DNA of 40,927 nt from NCBI GenBank assembly GCA_046318755.1, contig JBKCTR010000474.1, forward strand, positions 1 to 40,927. Reading direction: 5' to 3'. Shown here in pieces: positions 27,684 through 36,961 of the stretch (positions are counted from its first letter, which is position 1; each line of letters begins with the position of its first letter). Both the position numbers and the translations under genes were made by a program. The notes beneath the pieces are model-generated. The model was not told the DNA's origin and searched no databases. It saw only the letters and a program-made list of their open reading frames with translations. The DNA comes from Planctomycetaceae bacterium (GTDB lineage Bacteria; Planctomycetota; Planctomycetia; Planctomycetales; Planctomycetaceae).

Positions 27684-30600
27684 TCAATTCACCGTCTCGG
27701 CTCCGCCCTCGTTCAGATCGCTCACCACGTCGCCGGTGAATTGCCAGAACCAGTCGAGCGCCAGGCCCCCGATGAGGGTGTCGAACAGGCTGGAACCGTC
27801 GGTCTGGATGGTGGTGCTGTTCAACTTCGACGTGCCGTTCAGGCCTCCGCCGTTGCGGAGGTTGCTGATCCGTGTGGCATAGGGGAGGTCGAGCCGCGAC
27901 CACTCATCGCGAATCGCCTGAATGGCCGGCCGGGTCAAAACCTTCGTCGTCTCGCTGTAGTAGGTCGTCAGGCCCGGGGCGACGATGTCTTCGTCATCAC
28001 CCCCATCCAGCGTGTCGGCTCCCGTGCCGCCAAACAGAATGTCCCGCCCGGCCCCTCCCCAGAGAGTGTCGTTCCCCGCCCCCCCGAAGATCACGTTGTC
28101 GAGGCTGTTCCCCGTCAGGCTGTCGGCCGCCGCCGTGCCAATCAGCAGTTCGAACACATCCCCCGCGCTCAACCCCAGCGACAGGTTTGCGTTGACCGCC
28201 TGGACCGCCGTCGTTCCCAGGTCGACCGTCACCCCCACGGTCGTGGTCCCGAAGTCGAGCAGGTCGACTCCCTCGCCGGGCTGTTCGACCAGTGCGTCGG
28301 TCCCCTGTGCCGCGTTGGCGGCGAAGACGTAGCCATCATCGCCGGTTCCCCCGGCGAGCGTGTCGTTCCCCGCCTGGCCGGTCAGCGTGTCATTCCCGGC
28401 ATTCCCCTGCAGCAGGTTGTCGAGGGCGTTGCCGGTCAGCGTGTCGTTCAGCAGGCCCCCAATCACATTTTCCAACGCGGTCGCCAGCCCCAGCACCAGC
28501 GAGAGGTTGGTATTCACCACCTGCGAAGTGGCCGTCCCCAGGTTGATCGTCACTGCCAGTGCAGTCGTCCCCGAGAAGTCGAGCGTGTCGATGCCGCCGG
28601 CCGCTTCGTTCAGCGTATCGGCTCCCAGCGCACTGTTGGCGGCAAACAGGTAGGTGTCGTTCCCCAACCCGCCGGTCAGCGTGTCATTCCCGGCGAGTCC
28701 CGAGAGGGTGTCATCCCCGTCGTTGCCCGCCAGCGTGTTCGCCAGCGCATTGCCAATCAACAGATCCCCCAGCGCCCCCCCCAACACGCTTTCGAACGTG
28801 TTGCCCGCCCCCAGCACGAGACTGAGGTTGGCGTTCACCACCTGCATCGTGGCCAGTCCCAGATTCACCGCCACCCCCAGCGTGGTGGTGGCCGAGAAAT
28901 TCAGGACATCGACTCCCCCCGCCGCCTCATCCAGCGTGTCGGTCCCCAGGTTCTCATCCGCGGAGAAGAGGTAGCCGTCATTCCCCAAGCCGCCGACCAG
29001 GGTGTCATCTCCCGCGAGGCCGGCCAGGGTGTCATTCCCCGCCCCCCCCACCAGCCGGTTCGCCACACCATTCCCTGTAAGGGTGTCATTCAGGCTTCCC
29101 CCGGTGACATTCTCGAAGGTGTCGACGGCATTCAGCACGAGGCTGAGATTGGCGTTCACCAACTGGGTGGCGGCGAGCCCGAGGTTGACCGTCACCGCCA
29201 GCGAAGTTGTGGTGGTCAAGTCCAGCGTGTCGGTTCCTTCCCCGCCTGCCTCCTGCAGCGTGTCGGTCCCCAGTGCGGCGGTGGCTGCGAAGGCATAGGT
29301 GTCATCGCCGACTCCCCCCGCCAGGGTGTCATTCCCCGCGAGACCGGCCAGGGTGTCGTTGCCTCCGTTGCCCTGCAGCAAGTTGGCCAGCGTGTTGCCC
29401 GTCAACCTGTCGTTCAGTTGGCCTCCCGACACATTCTCAAACGCGGTCGCCAGCGTCAGCACCAGTGAGAGGTTGGGATTCACAACCTGAGCGGCTGTGG
29501 TGGCGAGATTCAGAGTCACTGCCACGTCGGTGGTGGCCGAAAAGTCGAGGGTGTCGTTGCCCCCCGCCGACTCGTTCAGCGTATCGGTTCCCAGAGGGCT
29601 GTTCGCCGCGAACAGGTACACGTCATTCCCCGCACCGCCGATCAGCGTGTCGTTCCCCGCCTCGCCCGACACCGAATCGTCGCCCCCATTCCCGGTGAGG
29701 GAATTGGCCAGCGAGTTGCCGGTCAAGAGATCGGCCAGCGGCCCCCCGCTGACATTCTCGAAGGTGTTGTCGGCCCCCAGGATCAGGCTGAGATTGGCGT
29801 TCACCACCTGTGCCGTGGCGAGCCCCAGATTGACTGTCACCCCGCTGGTGGTTGTCGTCGAGAAGTCGAGCGTATCCAGACCTCCCGCCGACTCATTCAG
29901 CGTGTCGGTCCCCAGACTGGAATCGGTCTTGAAACTGTAGCTGTCGTTCCCGAGACCCCCCGCAAGCGTGTCGTCCCCCCCCAAACCGATCAAGGTGTCA
30001 CTCCCGTCGCCACCACTCAGCACGTTCCCCAAGGCATTGCCGGTGAGCGTGTCGTTCAGGCTTCCACCCGTCACGTTCTCGAAGGTGTCGACCGCGTTCA
30101 GGATCACGGTCAGATTGCTGGCCACCATCGTCTGGGAGGTGGTCACACCGAGATTCACCACAACGGTCTTGGTGGTGGTGGCGGCGAAGTCGAACGTATC
30201 GAAACCCGCTCCCGCCAGCTCGGTCACACTGTCGCTCCCCAGCGCCACGTCGGCATCGAAGGCGTAGGTGTCATCGTCGTCCCCCCCCTGGAGAGCGTCG
30301 TTCCCCGCTCCTCCCTCCAGAGTATCGTTCCCCAGCCCACCCACCAGCGTGTCATTCCCGGCATTCCCACGCAGGCGGTTGCCCAGGGCGTTGCCTGTCA
30401 GCGTATCGTTCAGACCGCCGCCGAAGACGTTTTCGAACGTGTCGGCCGCACTCAACACCAGGCTCAGATTGGCGTTCACCACCTGTGGGGTCGCGAGTGC
30501 CAGATTGACCGCCACCGCCGCGCTGGTCGTCGTGCTGAAATCGAGCGTGTCGCTCCCCTCACCCGGCAGTTCGCCCAGAGAGTCTGTCCCCTGGCCAGAG

Positions 30601-33600
30601 CTCGCCGTGTAGGCGTAGGTGTCGTCTCCCAACCCCCCGGCCAGCGTGTCGTTCCCCGCCCCGCCAATCAGGATATTGGCGAGCGAATTGCCGGTCAGCG
30701 TGTCGGCCAGAGCCCCGCCCGTGGCCCCCTCGAAGGTCTCCCCCGAGTTCAGGGTCAGGTTGAGATTCCCCGCCACGACCGTCTGGGTCGTCTCCAGTCC
30801 CAGGTTCAACGTCACCCCCTTCGTGGTGGTGGTGGCGAAGGTGATGGTATCGCTCCCCTCCCCGGCGAACTCAACCAGAGTATCGCTCCCCACACCGCTG
30901 TTCGCGGCGTAGACGTAGCTGTCGTTGCCCAGACCTCCCGCCAGCGTGTCGTCGCCCAGCCCTCCAGTGAGGCTGTCATTGTTACCGGCACCCTGCAGAC
31001 TGTCGTGGCCCGCCCCGCCCGTCAGCACATTGGCCAGGGAATTCCCCAGCAGCACGTCGGCTCCGTCGCCCCCGGTGACGTTTTCGAAGACCGCGTCATT
31101 CTGCAGCGTCAGCGACAGGTTGGCATTCACCACCTGCAAAGTCGCCAGAGACAGGTCAATTGTCACCGCGGCGGCCGTCCCGGTGAAGTCCAGCAGGTCC
31201 GTACCACCTGTCGCGGTTTCGACCAGCGTGTCGGTCCCCAGCACGGTGTCGGCGTCGAACGCATAGATGTCGTTGCCGGTGCCTCCCGCCAGGGTGTCAT
31301 CCCCAGCACGGCCACTGAGTGCGTTGGCCTGTGTATTGCCCGTCAGGCTGTCATTTCCCCCACCGCCGATCGCATTTTCCAGTGCCGTGGCCGAGCCCAG
31401 AATCAGACTCAGTTGTCCCACCGCAACCACCTGCGTGGTTGCCAGCCCGAGGTTCACGCTGGCTCCCGTCATCACGGTGCGGGAGAAATCGATGGTGTCC
31501 AGGCCTCCGCCTGTTTCATCCACCGTGTCGGTTCCCAGCATCTCGTCGAGAGTGAACTGGAAGCTGTCATTCCCTGCGCCGCCGATCAGCGTGTCGTCGT
31601 CTCCCCCGCCAGCCAACAGGTCATTGCCGGCTCCCGCCGACAGCGTGTCGTTCCCACTGCCGCCTCCCAGGCTGTCGACCCCTCCACCCGTGGTCAATTG
31701 ATCGGCATCAGCCCCACCCTGGGCGAAGACCGGTTTGGTCTGGGCCGAGCTGTTGAAGACATCGGCCCCCCCCTGCAGCCGGGCCCGCCAGGTCGTCACA
31801 TCAGCCGAAGTGTAGTTGTAGAGAGTGCCGTTGACCGACAGTTGGAACGTTCCCGAGACTGTCACTGTGTCGGCGGCCCCCGTGCCATGGATCATCACCG
31901 GCCCCAGGGGGGCGTGATAGACCCCGGCGAACGCCGCGAGGTTGTCGACCGAGGGGCTCGCCTCCAGCTCGGACTGCTGATCCAGCCGGTCCACAAACAT
32001 CAGCAGTTGGTAGTCGGTGTCCGGCTCGGCCAGCCCGGCGCCCGGCAGGGCGATCTTGCCGGTCCCCGAGCCAATCGTCAATGTCTTGGTGTGCCGGCCG
32101 ATTGTCAGATCGCCAAACGCGGTGATTGGCACCGTCCCCAGCAGCAGGTCATTCGAGACATCGCCGTCGGCATCGGTGGCCCGATACAGCCCGATCTCGA
32201 ACGCACCCGAGGTGGAATAGAGCACGTCGTAGGTGAGGCTCAACTGGGTCAGCCCATTCGCAGTGAACGACACGGCGACCAGATTGGGATCGGGGGCGTC
32301 CGCTTCCCAGGAGGTGGCGGCGGTTCCCCATCCCTGGTGACCAGCCGCGTCGCGCACTCCGGTGGCGTCGATGGTGACGGTGAACGTCCCGTCGCTGGCC
32401 GTCCAGGTCGACAGCCCCGAGACCCCCCAGCGGTTCCCCCCCAGATCGGTGATGACCAACGAGGAATCGACAGGCATCGCAACCCCGCCGCGCGTCAGGC
32501 TGACATCGCGCCAGTCGAACGAACCAGGCTCAATCGCTTCCGAGAACTGCACGGTGACGGCATCCACCGGCACCGTCTGCGCTCCCGCCCAGGCGTCCTC
32601 AATGACCGCCGTGGGCCGGACCCACTCGAACACCAGGTTCTGCCCCGAAGCCAGGCGGGAATTCGCCGCGTTGAACGACACCAGCCGCCGCTGGGCCGAG
32701 TGGTTCACTCCGTCGGTCAGCCCCACCGTCGCGCTGGCCCCCTGGTCGCGGCTGGGCGTGCCAATCTGCGTGTCGATAAAGTCGATCCGGATTTCGGAAT
32801 TGTTCAGGCCTGTGTTGAGGGGCAGAGTCGCCTGGAACGTGACCGCACCGGTGGGCTCGCTGTAATGGGCCATTTCCCACCAGCACAGTTGCAACGCCTC
32901 GGGAACTCCATTGGCGTCGACGTCGACAAACCGCGCCAGAACCTGGTCGTCGGAATTCCGGTCGGTCACCGTGTCATCCCAGTAGACCGCCACGGCAGGC
33001 ACCGTCGGACTGGAGGCGAGGTTCGTGTTGGTCCAGGTGGTGACCGGACTTCCCAGGCTGATCAGCCCATTGTCGCTGACATACAGCGATGTCGCGCCGG
33101 TGTAGTCGACCCCCCACAGGCGGAACGTGTTGGTCCCCAAATCCAGGGGAACCGACACATCGTCCACCCCGTCGATGAGGGTGAAGACTCCCGGTGTGGT
33201 GGGGGTCAGGGGGTCCACCGCCGAGACCGGCGACACCACGACGGGCAGGATGGGTGCCGCGACCTGCTGCTGTTTCAGCCAGGCCAGCGTCGAGGCGGCA
33301 TTCAACCGTTTGCCTGACACCGTCTTCCCCGCGAGGGCCGCCAGCGAATCGCCACTGTCCATCACCGCCTGCTTCAGCTGCAGATGGGTGGCCCCTGGAA
33401 ACTGTGCGGCCGCCAGGGCCACCACACCCGCCACATGCGGGGCGGCCATCGAAGTGCCGCTGTAGGTGCCGTAGTTGTTCCCCGGCAAAGTACTGAAAAT
33501 CGCCGCACCCGGCGCGCCGAGGTCGACCTTGGTCGCTCCGTAGTTGGAGAAACTCGCCAGCAGGTCGGACGCATTTGTCGCGGCCACCGAGATGATGTTG

Positions 33601-34739
33601 TTGTTGCTGTACGCGGCGGGATAAAAGCCCCCGGTCTCGATGTTGGTCGCTTCGTTCCCCGCCGCCGCCACGAACAGCACTCCCTGGTCTCCCGCCGCCT
33701 GGATGGCGCTTTCCATCGTCGGGTCGTAACCGCCCCCCCCCCAGCTGTTGTTGGTGGCGATCAGGTTGACACCCCGCTCGCGCATCATCGTGGAGTAGTT
33801 GACGGCACGGATCGCGTCGGTGGTGAGTCCCGAGCCCGAAGCGCTCAGGAACTTCAGCCCCATCAGCTTCACATTCCAGTTGACCCCCACCACCCCCACG
33901 CCGTTGTTCCCGACAGCGCCAATCGTTCCCGCCACGTGCGTCCCGTGCCCGTTGTCGTCGAGCGGATCGTTGTCTTCGTTGAAAAAGTCCCAGCCATGGA
34001 TGTCGTCCACGAAACCATTGCCGTCGTTGTCCTGGCCATCACCCGCGATCTCCCCGGGATTGGTCCAGATGTTCGCCGCCAGGTCGGGGTGGTTGTAATC
34101 AATTCCCGTGTCGATGATTCCCACCACCACCGACGAACTGCCGGTGGTCACGTCCCAGGCGGCCGGGGCATCGATATCGGCATCGGCTACTTTCCCGCTG
34201 CCCCCCAGGTTTTCCAGTCCCCACAATTGTGAAAACGATGGGTCGTTCGACAGGCGGGCAAGGCTGACCTGCTGGTCCGGCGAAAAAGAGGCCACGGCCG
34301 ACTGCGTCTGCAGCCAGCGCCCAACCTCGGCCGGGCTGGCGTCAAACGTGCGCCATTGCAGCGTGCCGACGCCGCCCAGACCCCGCACCACCTGGGAGGC
34401 GAACGGAGCCTGGGCAAACAGCGGTGCCGTCGCCACCACGCTGGATACGTCGCCCGAGGTGCTCGTTAACTGCACGATCCAGTCGGTCCCCAACCCCCGC
34501 TCCAGGGAGGTCCCGTGCACTTCGGTCGTGTCCAGCGTCGGGCTGGACGCAGCCGCAGGACCGGCTGCGAACCAGGCGGGAGAGACCTTCGGTCCCAGGC
34601 CGGCGCTGGCCAGCAGCGCCCGCGATTCCAGCACTTCCCCCGCCGTGCCCCACCCGTTGATCGCCCGCCGAGTCCGTGCCACTCCCCGCCCCACCCCGCA
34701 CCAACCACGCAGCAGCTTCGACCAGACGGGACGCGTCAT
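27684..34739 (-). CDS. Giant secreted subtilase (peptidase S8) fused to about 11 tandem RTX-like calcium-binding repeat modules
   Basis: 2351-aa ORF. S8 catalytic triad contexts are VVVGIIDTGIDYNHPDL, HGTHVAGTIGAVGN and GTSMAAPHVAGVVALAAAQ. The C-terminal half is built of ~100-108 aa modules (LGTDTLxExxGGxDTLDFSxTT...VNLGLATxQVVNANLSLxL...FENVxGGxxNDxLTGN...GGAGNDTLxGGxGNDxY) containing GGxGxD nonapeptides. Confidence 0.9.
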   Translation of the reverse strand: MTRPVWSKLLRGWCGVGRGVARTRRAINGWGTAGEVLESRALLASAGLGPKVSPAWFAAGPAAASSPTLDTTEVHGTSLERGLGTDWIVQLTSTSGDVSSVVATAPLFAQAPFASQVVRGLGGVGTLQWRTFDASPAEVGRWLQTQSAVASFSPDQQVSLARLSNDPSFSQLWGLENLGGSGKVADADIDAPAAWDVTTGSSSVVVGIIDTGIDYNHPDLAANIWTNPGEIAGDGQDNDGNGFVDDIHGWDFFNEDNDPLDDNGHGTHVAGTIGAVGNNGVGVVGVNWNVKLMGLKFLSASGSGLTTDAIRAVNYSTMMRERGVNLIATNNSWGGGGYDPTMESAIQAAGDQGVLFVAAAGNEATNIETGGFYPAAYSNNNIISVAATNASDLLASFSNYGATKVDLGAPGAAIFSTLPGNNYGTYSGTSMAAPHVAGVVALAAAQFPGATHLQLKQAVMDSGDSLAALAGKTVSGKRLNAASTLAWLKQQQVAAPILPVVVSPVSAVDPLTPTTPGVFTLIDGVDDVSVPLDLGTNTFRLWGVDYTGATSLYVSDNGLISLGSPVTTWTNTNLASSPTVPAVAVYWDDTVTDRNSDDQVLARFVDVDANGVPEALQLCWWEMAHYSEPTGAVTFQATLPLNTGLNNSEIRIDFIDTQIGTPSRDQGASATVGLTDGVNHSAQRRLVSFNAANSRLASGQNLVFEWVRPTAVIEDAWAGAQTVPVDAVTVQFSEAIEPGSFDWRDVSLTRGGVAMPVDSSLVITDLGGNRWGVSGLSTWTASDGTFTVTIDATGVRDAAGHQGWGTAATSWEADAPDPNLVAVSFTANGLTQLSLTYDVLYSTSGAFEIGLYRATDADGDVSNDLLLGTVPITAFGDLTIGRHTKTLTIGSGTGKIALPGAGLAEPDTDYQLLMFVDRLDQQSELEASPSVDNLAAFAGVYHAPLGPVMIHGTGAADTVTVSGTFQLSVNGTLYNYTSADVTTWRARLQGGADVFNSSAQTKPVFAQGGADADQLTTGGGVDSLGGGSGNDTLSAGAGNDLLAGGGDDDTLIGGAGNDSFQFTLDEMLGTDTVDETGGGLDTIDFSRTVMTGASVNLGLATTQVVAVGQLSLILGSATALENAIGGGGNDSLTGNTQANALSGRAGDDTLAGGTGNDIYAFDADTVLGTDTLVETATGGTDLLDFTGTAAAVTIDLSLATLQVVNANLSLTLQNDAVFENVTGGDGADVLLGNSLANVLTGGAGHDSLQGAGNNDSLTGGLGDDTLAGGLGNDSYVYAANSGVGSDTLVEFAGEGSDTITFATTTTKGVTLNLGLETTQTVVAGNLNLTLNSGETFEGATGGALADTLTGNSLANILIGGAGNDTLAGGLGDDTYAYTASSGQGTDSLGELPGEGSDTLDFSTTTSAAVAVNLALATPQVVNANLSLVLSAADTFENVFGGGLNDTLTGNALGNRLRGNAGNDTLVGGLGNDTLEGGAGNDALQGGDDDDTYAFDADVALGSDSVTELAGAGFDTFDFAATTTKTVVVNLGVTTSQTMVASNLTVILNAVDTFENVTGGSLNDTLTGNALGNVLSGGDGSDTLIGLGGDDTLAGGLGNDSYSFKTDSSLGTDTLNESAGGLDTLDFSTTTTSGVTVNLGLATAQVVNANLSLILGADNTFENVSGGPLADLLTGNSLANSLTGNGGDDSVSGEAGNDTLIGGAGNDVYLFAANSPLGTDTLNESAGGNDTLDFSATTDVAVTLNLATTAAQVVNPNLSLVLTLATAFENVSGGQLNDRLTGNTLANLLQGNGGNDTLAGLAGNDTLAGGVGDDTYAFAATAALGTDTLQEAGGEGTDTLDLTTTTSLAVTVNLGLAATQLVNANLSLVLNAVDTFENVTGGSLNDTLTGNGVANRLVGGAGNDTLAGLAGDDTLVGGLGNDGYLFSADENLGTDTLDEAAGGVDVLNFSATTTLGVAVNLGLATMQVVNANLSLVLGAGNTFESVLGGALGDLLIGNALANTLAGNDGDDTLSGLAGNDTLTGGLGNDTYLFAANSALGADTLNEAAGGIDTLDFSGTTALAVTINLGTATSQVVNTNLSLVLGLATALENVIGGLLNDTLTGNALDNLLQGNAGNDTLTGQAGNDTLAGGTGDDGYVFAANAAQGTDALVEQPGEGVDLLDFGTTTVGVTVDLGTTAVQAVNANLSLGLSAGDVFELLIGTAAADSLTGNSLDNVIFGGAGNDTLWGGAGRDILFGGTGADTLDGGDDEDIVAPGLTTYYSETTKVLTRPAIQAIRDEWSRLDLPYATRISNLRNGGGLNGTSKLNSTTIQTDGSSLFDTLIGGLALDWFWQFTGDVVSDLNEGGAETVN
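28010..31715 (-). repeat. Intragenic tandem repeat region (about 11 units of roughly 300-330 nt) encoding the RTX-like modules
   Basis: Periodicity is visible in the protein. It also shows in the antisense track as a ladder of similar ORFs starting MSSPxPPxxVSFPAPP (29002, 29299, 29968, 30268, 30619, 30925, 31267). The boundaries are approximate. Confidence 0.8.
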
Positions 34740-35007
34740 CGCAACCTCTGTGAACAGGGCATCGGCCCGGAAATCTCCCCGTGCCGACGCAACACCAACC
34801 CGAAAGCGAAGACCCGGAACATCCGGATCTCTTCACGCAGCCTGCCCTCGAGTGGCCGGGGCCACCACGCCAACACCTTCGATTATACCCCGCGGACGGC
34901 CGCTCTCCAAAAAGCGAAGACGCCCGACACTCCACCGCCAGACTCCCGGCGTTCCACAGGGCCGCGACTTCGGTCCAGAACCGTCCGCGCCGCGGGGCAG
35001 GTCGGGA

Positions 35008-36204
35008 TCAGGAGGGGGGCGGAACGCTCCCCGTGGCCGACAACCCATCCGAGTGGCTGCCCGACCCCCCTTCGGACGAATCCTCGTCGGGTTCGCCGAC
35101 CTCATGGACCATCGTCTCCCCCTCGACCAGCCGCAGCACCACCGGAGAGACCCGCGACTTCCGTTCGATGGCCTCCGTCAGCGGCGTCGAGTGGGTCGTC
35201 ACCCAGACCTGCGAATACCGCGCCGCGTCGACAATCAACTCGGCCAACGGAGCCAGCAGGTCGGGGTGCAGACTCGCCTCGGGTTCGTTGAGGGCGATCA
35301 AGGCGGGGGGACGGGGCGACAACAACGCCGCCACCAGGCACAAATACTTCAGCGTTCCGTCCGACAACTCCCGCGCGACCAACGGACGCAGGCAACCCTC
35401 GGTACGCAACGCCACACACAGCTCGGTGGTGCGGGGAGAGCGATGGGTGGGATCGGGGTCGTTCGCCAGAATCTCCAGGGCCCGTCCCGGCAACGCTCGC
35501 GAGATCGCCTCCTGCAGCGTGCGGGCATCGCCCAATTCCAGAATTGTCTGCAGGGCCGCGGCCAGATCGCTGCCATCGTGGCTCAGCACCGGCGTCCGCA
35601 CGCTGATCTGCGGGGTCCGCACCGGAGCCTCGGCATCGGTCCGAAACGCATGGTAGAACCGCCACTGCCGCATCTCGTCCCGCAGGGAATACAACTCAGG
35701 AAACCGCTGCGGCTCCCGCAACTGCGACAGAATCGATTCGTTCTCGGTCAAGGCCGCGGGATATTCGACCGTCTCTCCCTCGGGATCGCGCAGCTTGGCC
35801 ATGCCTCCCCGGCGATCGACCAGGGTCGTCGAAGGCCGGCGGACCTTCCCCAGCCAGACCGCCTCTTCCTTGATCTGGGGGTCGTAGCCGAACAGGGTGT
35901 TTCCGGGGATCGGAAACCCGCAGTCGAGCTGAAACGAAAGCTGGTCGGTCCCGAACCCCAGCGACATCCGCCAGGGATCCTTGCTGCGACGGGGTCCCGC
36001 CCACAAAGCCGAGGCCAGGCCCCCCTCCTGGCACAGCGCCCGGGCGAACCCCCCCTCGGCAATCTGAGCCAACAGCCACAGTGCGCGGTAGAGATTCGAC
36101 TTGCCCGAGCCATTGGGGCCGGTCACGACGGTCAACCGTCCGAGCGCCAGCCGCACGTCACGCAGCGAACGATAATTGCGGAGGGACAGTTCGGTGATCG
36201 GCAT
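35008..36204 (-). CDS. ABC/SMC-like AAA ATPase (AAA_21 / COG4637-type predicted ATPase), no fused or adjacent effector
   Basis: Walker A VVTGPNGSGKSNLYRAL, signature-like LSDGTLKYLCLVAALL, Walker B/D-loop ALIALNEPEASLHPDL and H-loop VWVTTHS. I prefer ATG 36204 (MPITELSLRNYRSL); the ORF-track start at 36210 is a TTG. Confidence 0.8.
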   Translation of the reverse strand: MPITELSLRNYRSLRDVRLALGRLTVVTGPNGSGKSNLYRALWLLAQIAEGGFARALCQEGGLASALWAGPRRSKDPWRMSLGFGTDQLSFQLDCGFPIPGNTLFGYDPQIKEEAVWLGKVRRPSTTLVDRRGGMAKLRDPEGETVEYPAALTENESILSQLREPQRFPELYSLRDEMRQWRFYHAFRTDAEAPVRTPQISVRTPVLSHDGSDLAAALQTILELGDARTLQEAISRALPGRALEILANDPDPTHRSPRTTELCVALRTEGCLRPLVARELSDGTLKYLCLVAALLSPRPPALIALNEPEASLHPDLLAPLAELIVDAARYSQVWVTTHSTPLTEAIERKSRVSPVVLRLVEGETMVHEVGEPDEDSSEGGSGSHSDGLSATGSVPPPS

Positions 36205-36244
36205 GGGCAAGAGCCGGAATGGGACGGTCGGGAGGTCCCCGGCA

Positions 36245-36314
36245 CAACCTCACCGTTAAAAACTCACAGGGACCAACTCACCGGAGCCACCTCACCGGAG
36301 CCAACTCACCGGGG
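36245..36314. repeat. Tandem 14-nt repeats CCA(A/C)CTCACCGG(A/G)G, three good copies plus two degenerate, 35-105 nt upstream of the ATPase start
   Basis: ccaactcaccggag (36273-36286), ccacctcaccggag (36287-36300), ccaactcaccgggg (36301-36314). Degenerate caacctcaccgtta and aaactcacaggg lie just before them. Confidence 0.8.
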
Positions 36315-36463
36315 GGCGGGCAGACTGACCCACCCGCCGAGCGGGAAAGAGGCCGGGTTGTCGGCAGGCGAACGGCAGACCGGTTCGACCCGCGTCCAAG
36401 GCTTCCAGCGAGGACTCCCCCTGACAACAGCCCAGTTGTACCGCCGTATCCGCCATCCGGCCA

Positions 36464-36540
36464 CCCCGTGGTGACAAACTTCCAGTTTGTCAGTCCCCCA
36501 AAGCCCAACCCCACCCGGCATGACCTTTGGTGTCATAAAG
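36464..36540. repeat. 77-nt repeat, copy 1 (9-bp hairpin TGACAAACT-tcc-AGTTTGTCA; C-tract block)
   Basis: ccccgtggtgacaaacttccagtttgtcagtcccccaaagcccaaccccacccggcatgacctttggtgtcataaag. It matches copy 2 at 72 of 77 positions. Confidence 0.9.
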
Positions 36541-36625
36541 CGGAGTCCTTCTCCTCCTGACCACCCACGCTGTCACGCCGTCTCGTCATCCCGAACAGGA
36601 TTTCAATCTTGTTCTACGGAAAGCG

Positions 36626-36702
36626 CCCCGTGGTGCCAAACTTCCAGTTTGTCGGTCCCCCAAAGCCCAACCCCACCCGGCATGACCTTTGGATTGATAA
36701 AG
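36626..36702. repeat. 77-nt repeat, copy 2 (same orientation, 162 nt downstream of copy 1)
   Basis: ccccgtggtgccaaacttccagtttgtcggtcccccaaagcccaaccccacccggcatgacctttggattgataaag. Confidence 0.9.
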
Positions 36703-36704
36703 GC

Positions 36705-36790
36705 GGGTAACCGGGGCCATCGGGTAACCGGGGCCATCCAATGTTGGGCAACCGGGGCCATCCAACGTCGCTCGCAACCGGGGCCATCCA
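36705..36790. repeat. Array of four AACCGGGGCCATC(CA) repeats (spacing 17, 24-25 and 26 nt)
   Basis: gggtaaccggggccatc occurs twice (from 36705 and 36722). gcaaccggggccatcca occurs twice (36748-36764 and 36774-36790). The reverse complement is (G)GATGGCCCCGGTT. Confidence 0.85.
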
Positions 36791-36904
36791 TTGTTGACAT
36801 TGTTGAAACCCGGCCCGGCATCGACCGGCCGCAAATCAGTCATTTCGCCATAACCCTCATCCAGAATACGACTTGCAGTGAAACCCGCAGGCTCTTCCCA
36901 CAAT

Positions 36905-36933
36905 GGGTGGCCCCTCCTACTGGCCCCTCCTAC
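36905..36933. repeat. GGGTGGCCCCTCCT (left arm of a 14-nt perfect inverted repeat) overlapping a tandem duplication of TGGCCCCTCCTAC
   Basis: gggtggcccctcct at 36905-36918. tggcccctcctac at 36908-36920 and again at 36921-36933. On the minus strand each unit contains AGGAGG. Confidence 0.85.
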
Positions 36934-36961
36934 CCACCTATCTTTTCAATCTTTTCATCTT

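Noticed and set aside
28900-31701. Ladder of similar ~100-aa plus-strand ORFs starting MSSPxPPxxVSFPAPP
   Set aside because: They mirror the tandem RTX-like modules of the minus-strand giant gene. The periodicity comes from that gene, not from a separate gene family.
36370-36400. tRNA-like GGTTCGA (T-loop-like) sequence
   Set aside because: The flanking bases do not form a T-stem and no acceptor or anticodon arms can be drawn on either strand.
8414-36474. Other long antisense ORFs (8414-11302, 10974-13769, 14845-17490, 17951-21352, 25507-27438, 27465-29468, 31005-33317, 34108-36474)
   Set aside because: Each lies opposite a gene with strong family motifs and has R/G/P/Q-biased composition without motifs, so they are shadow ORFs.
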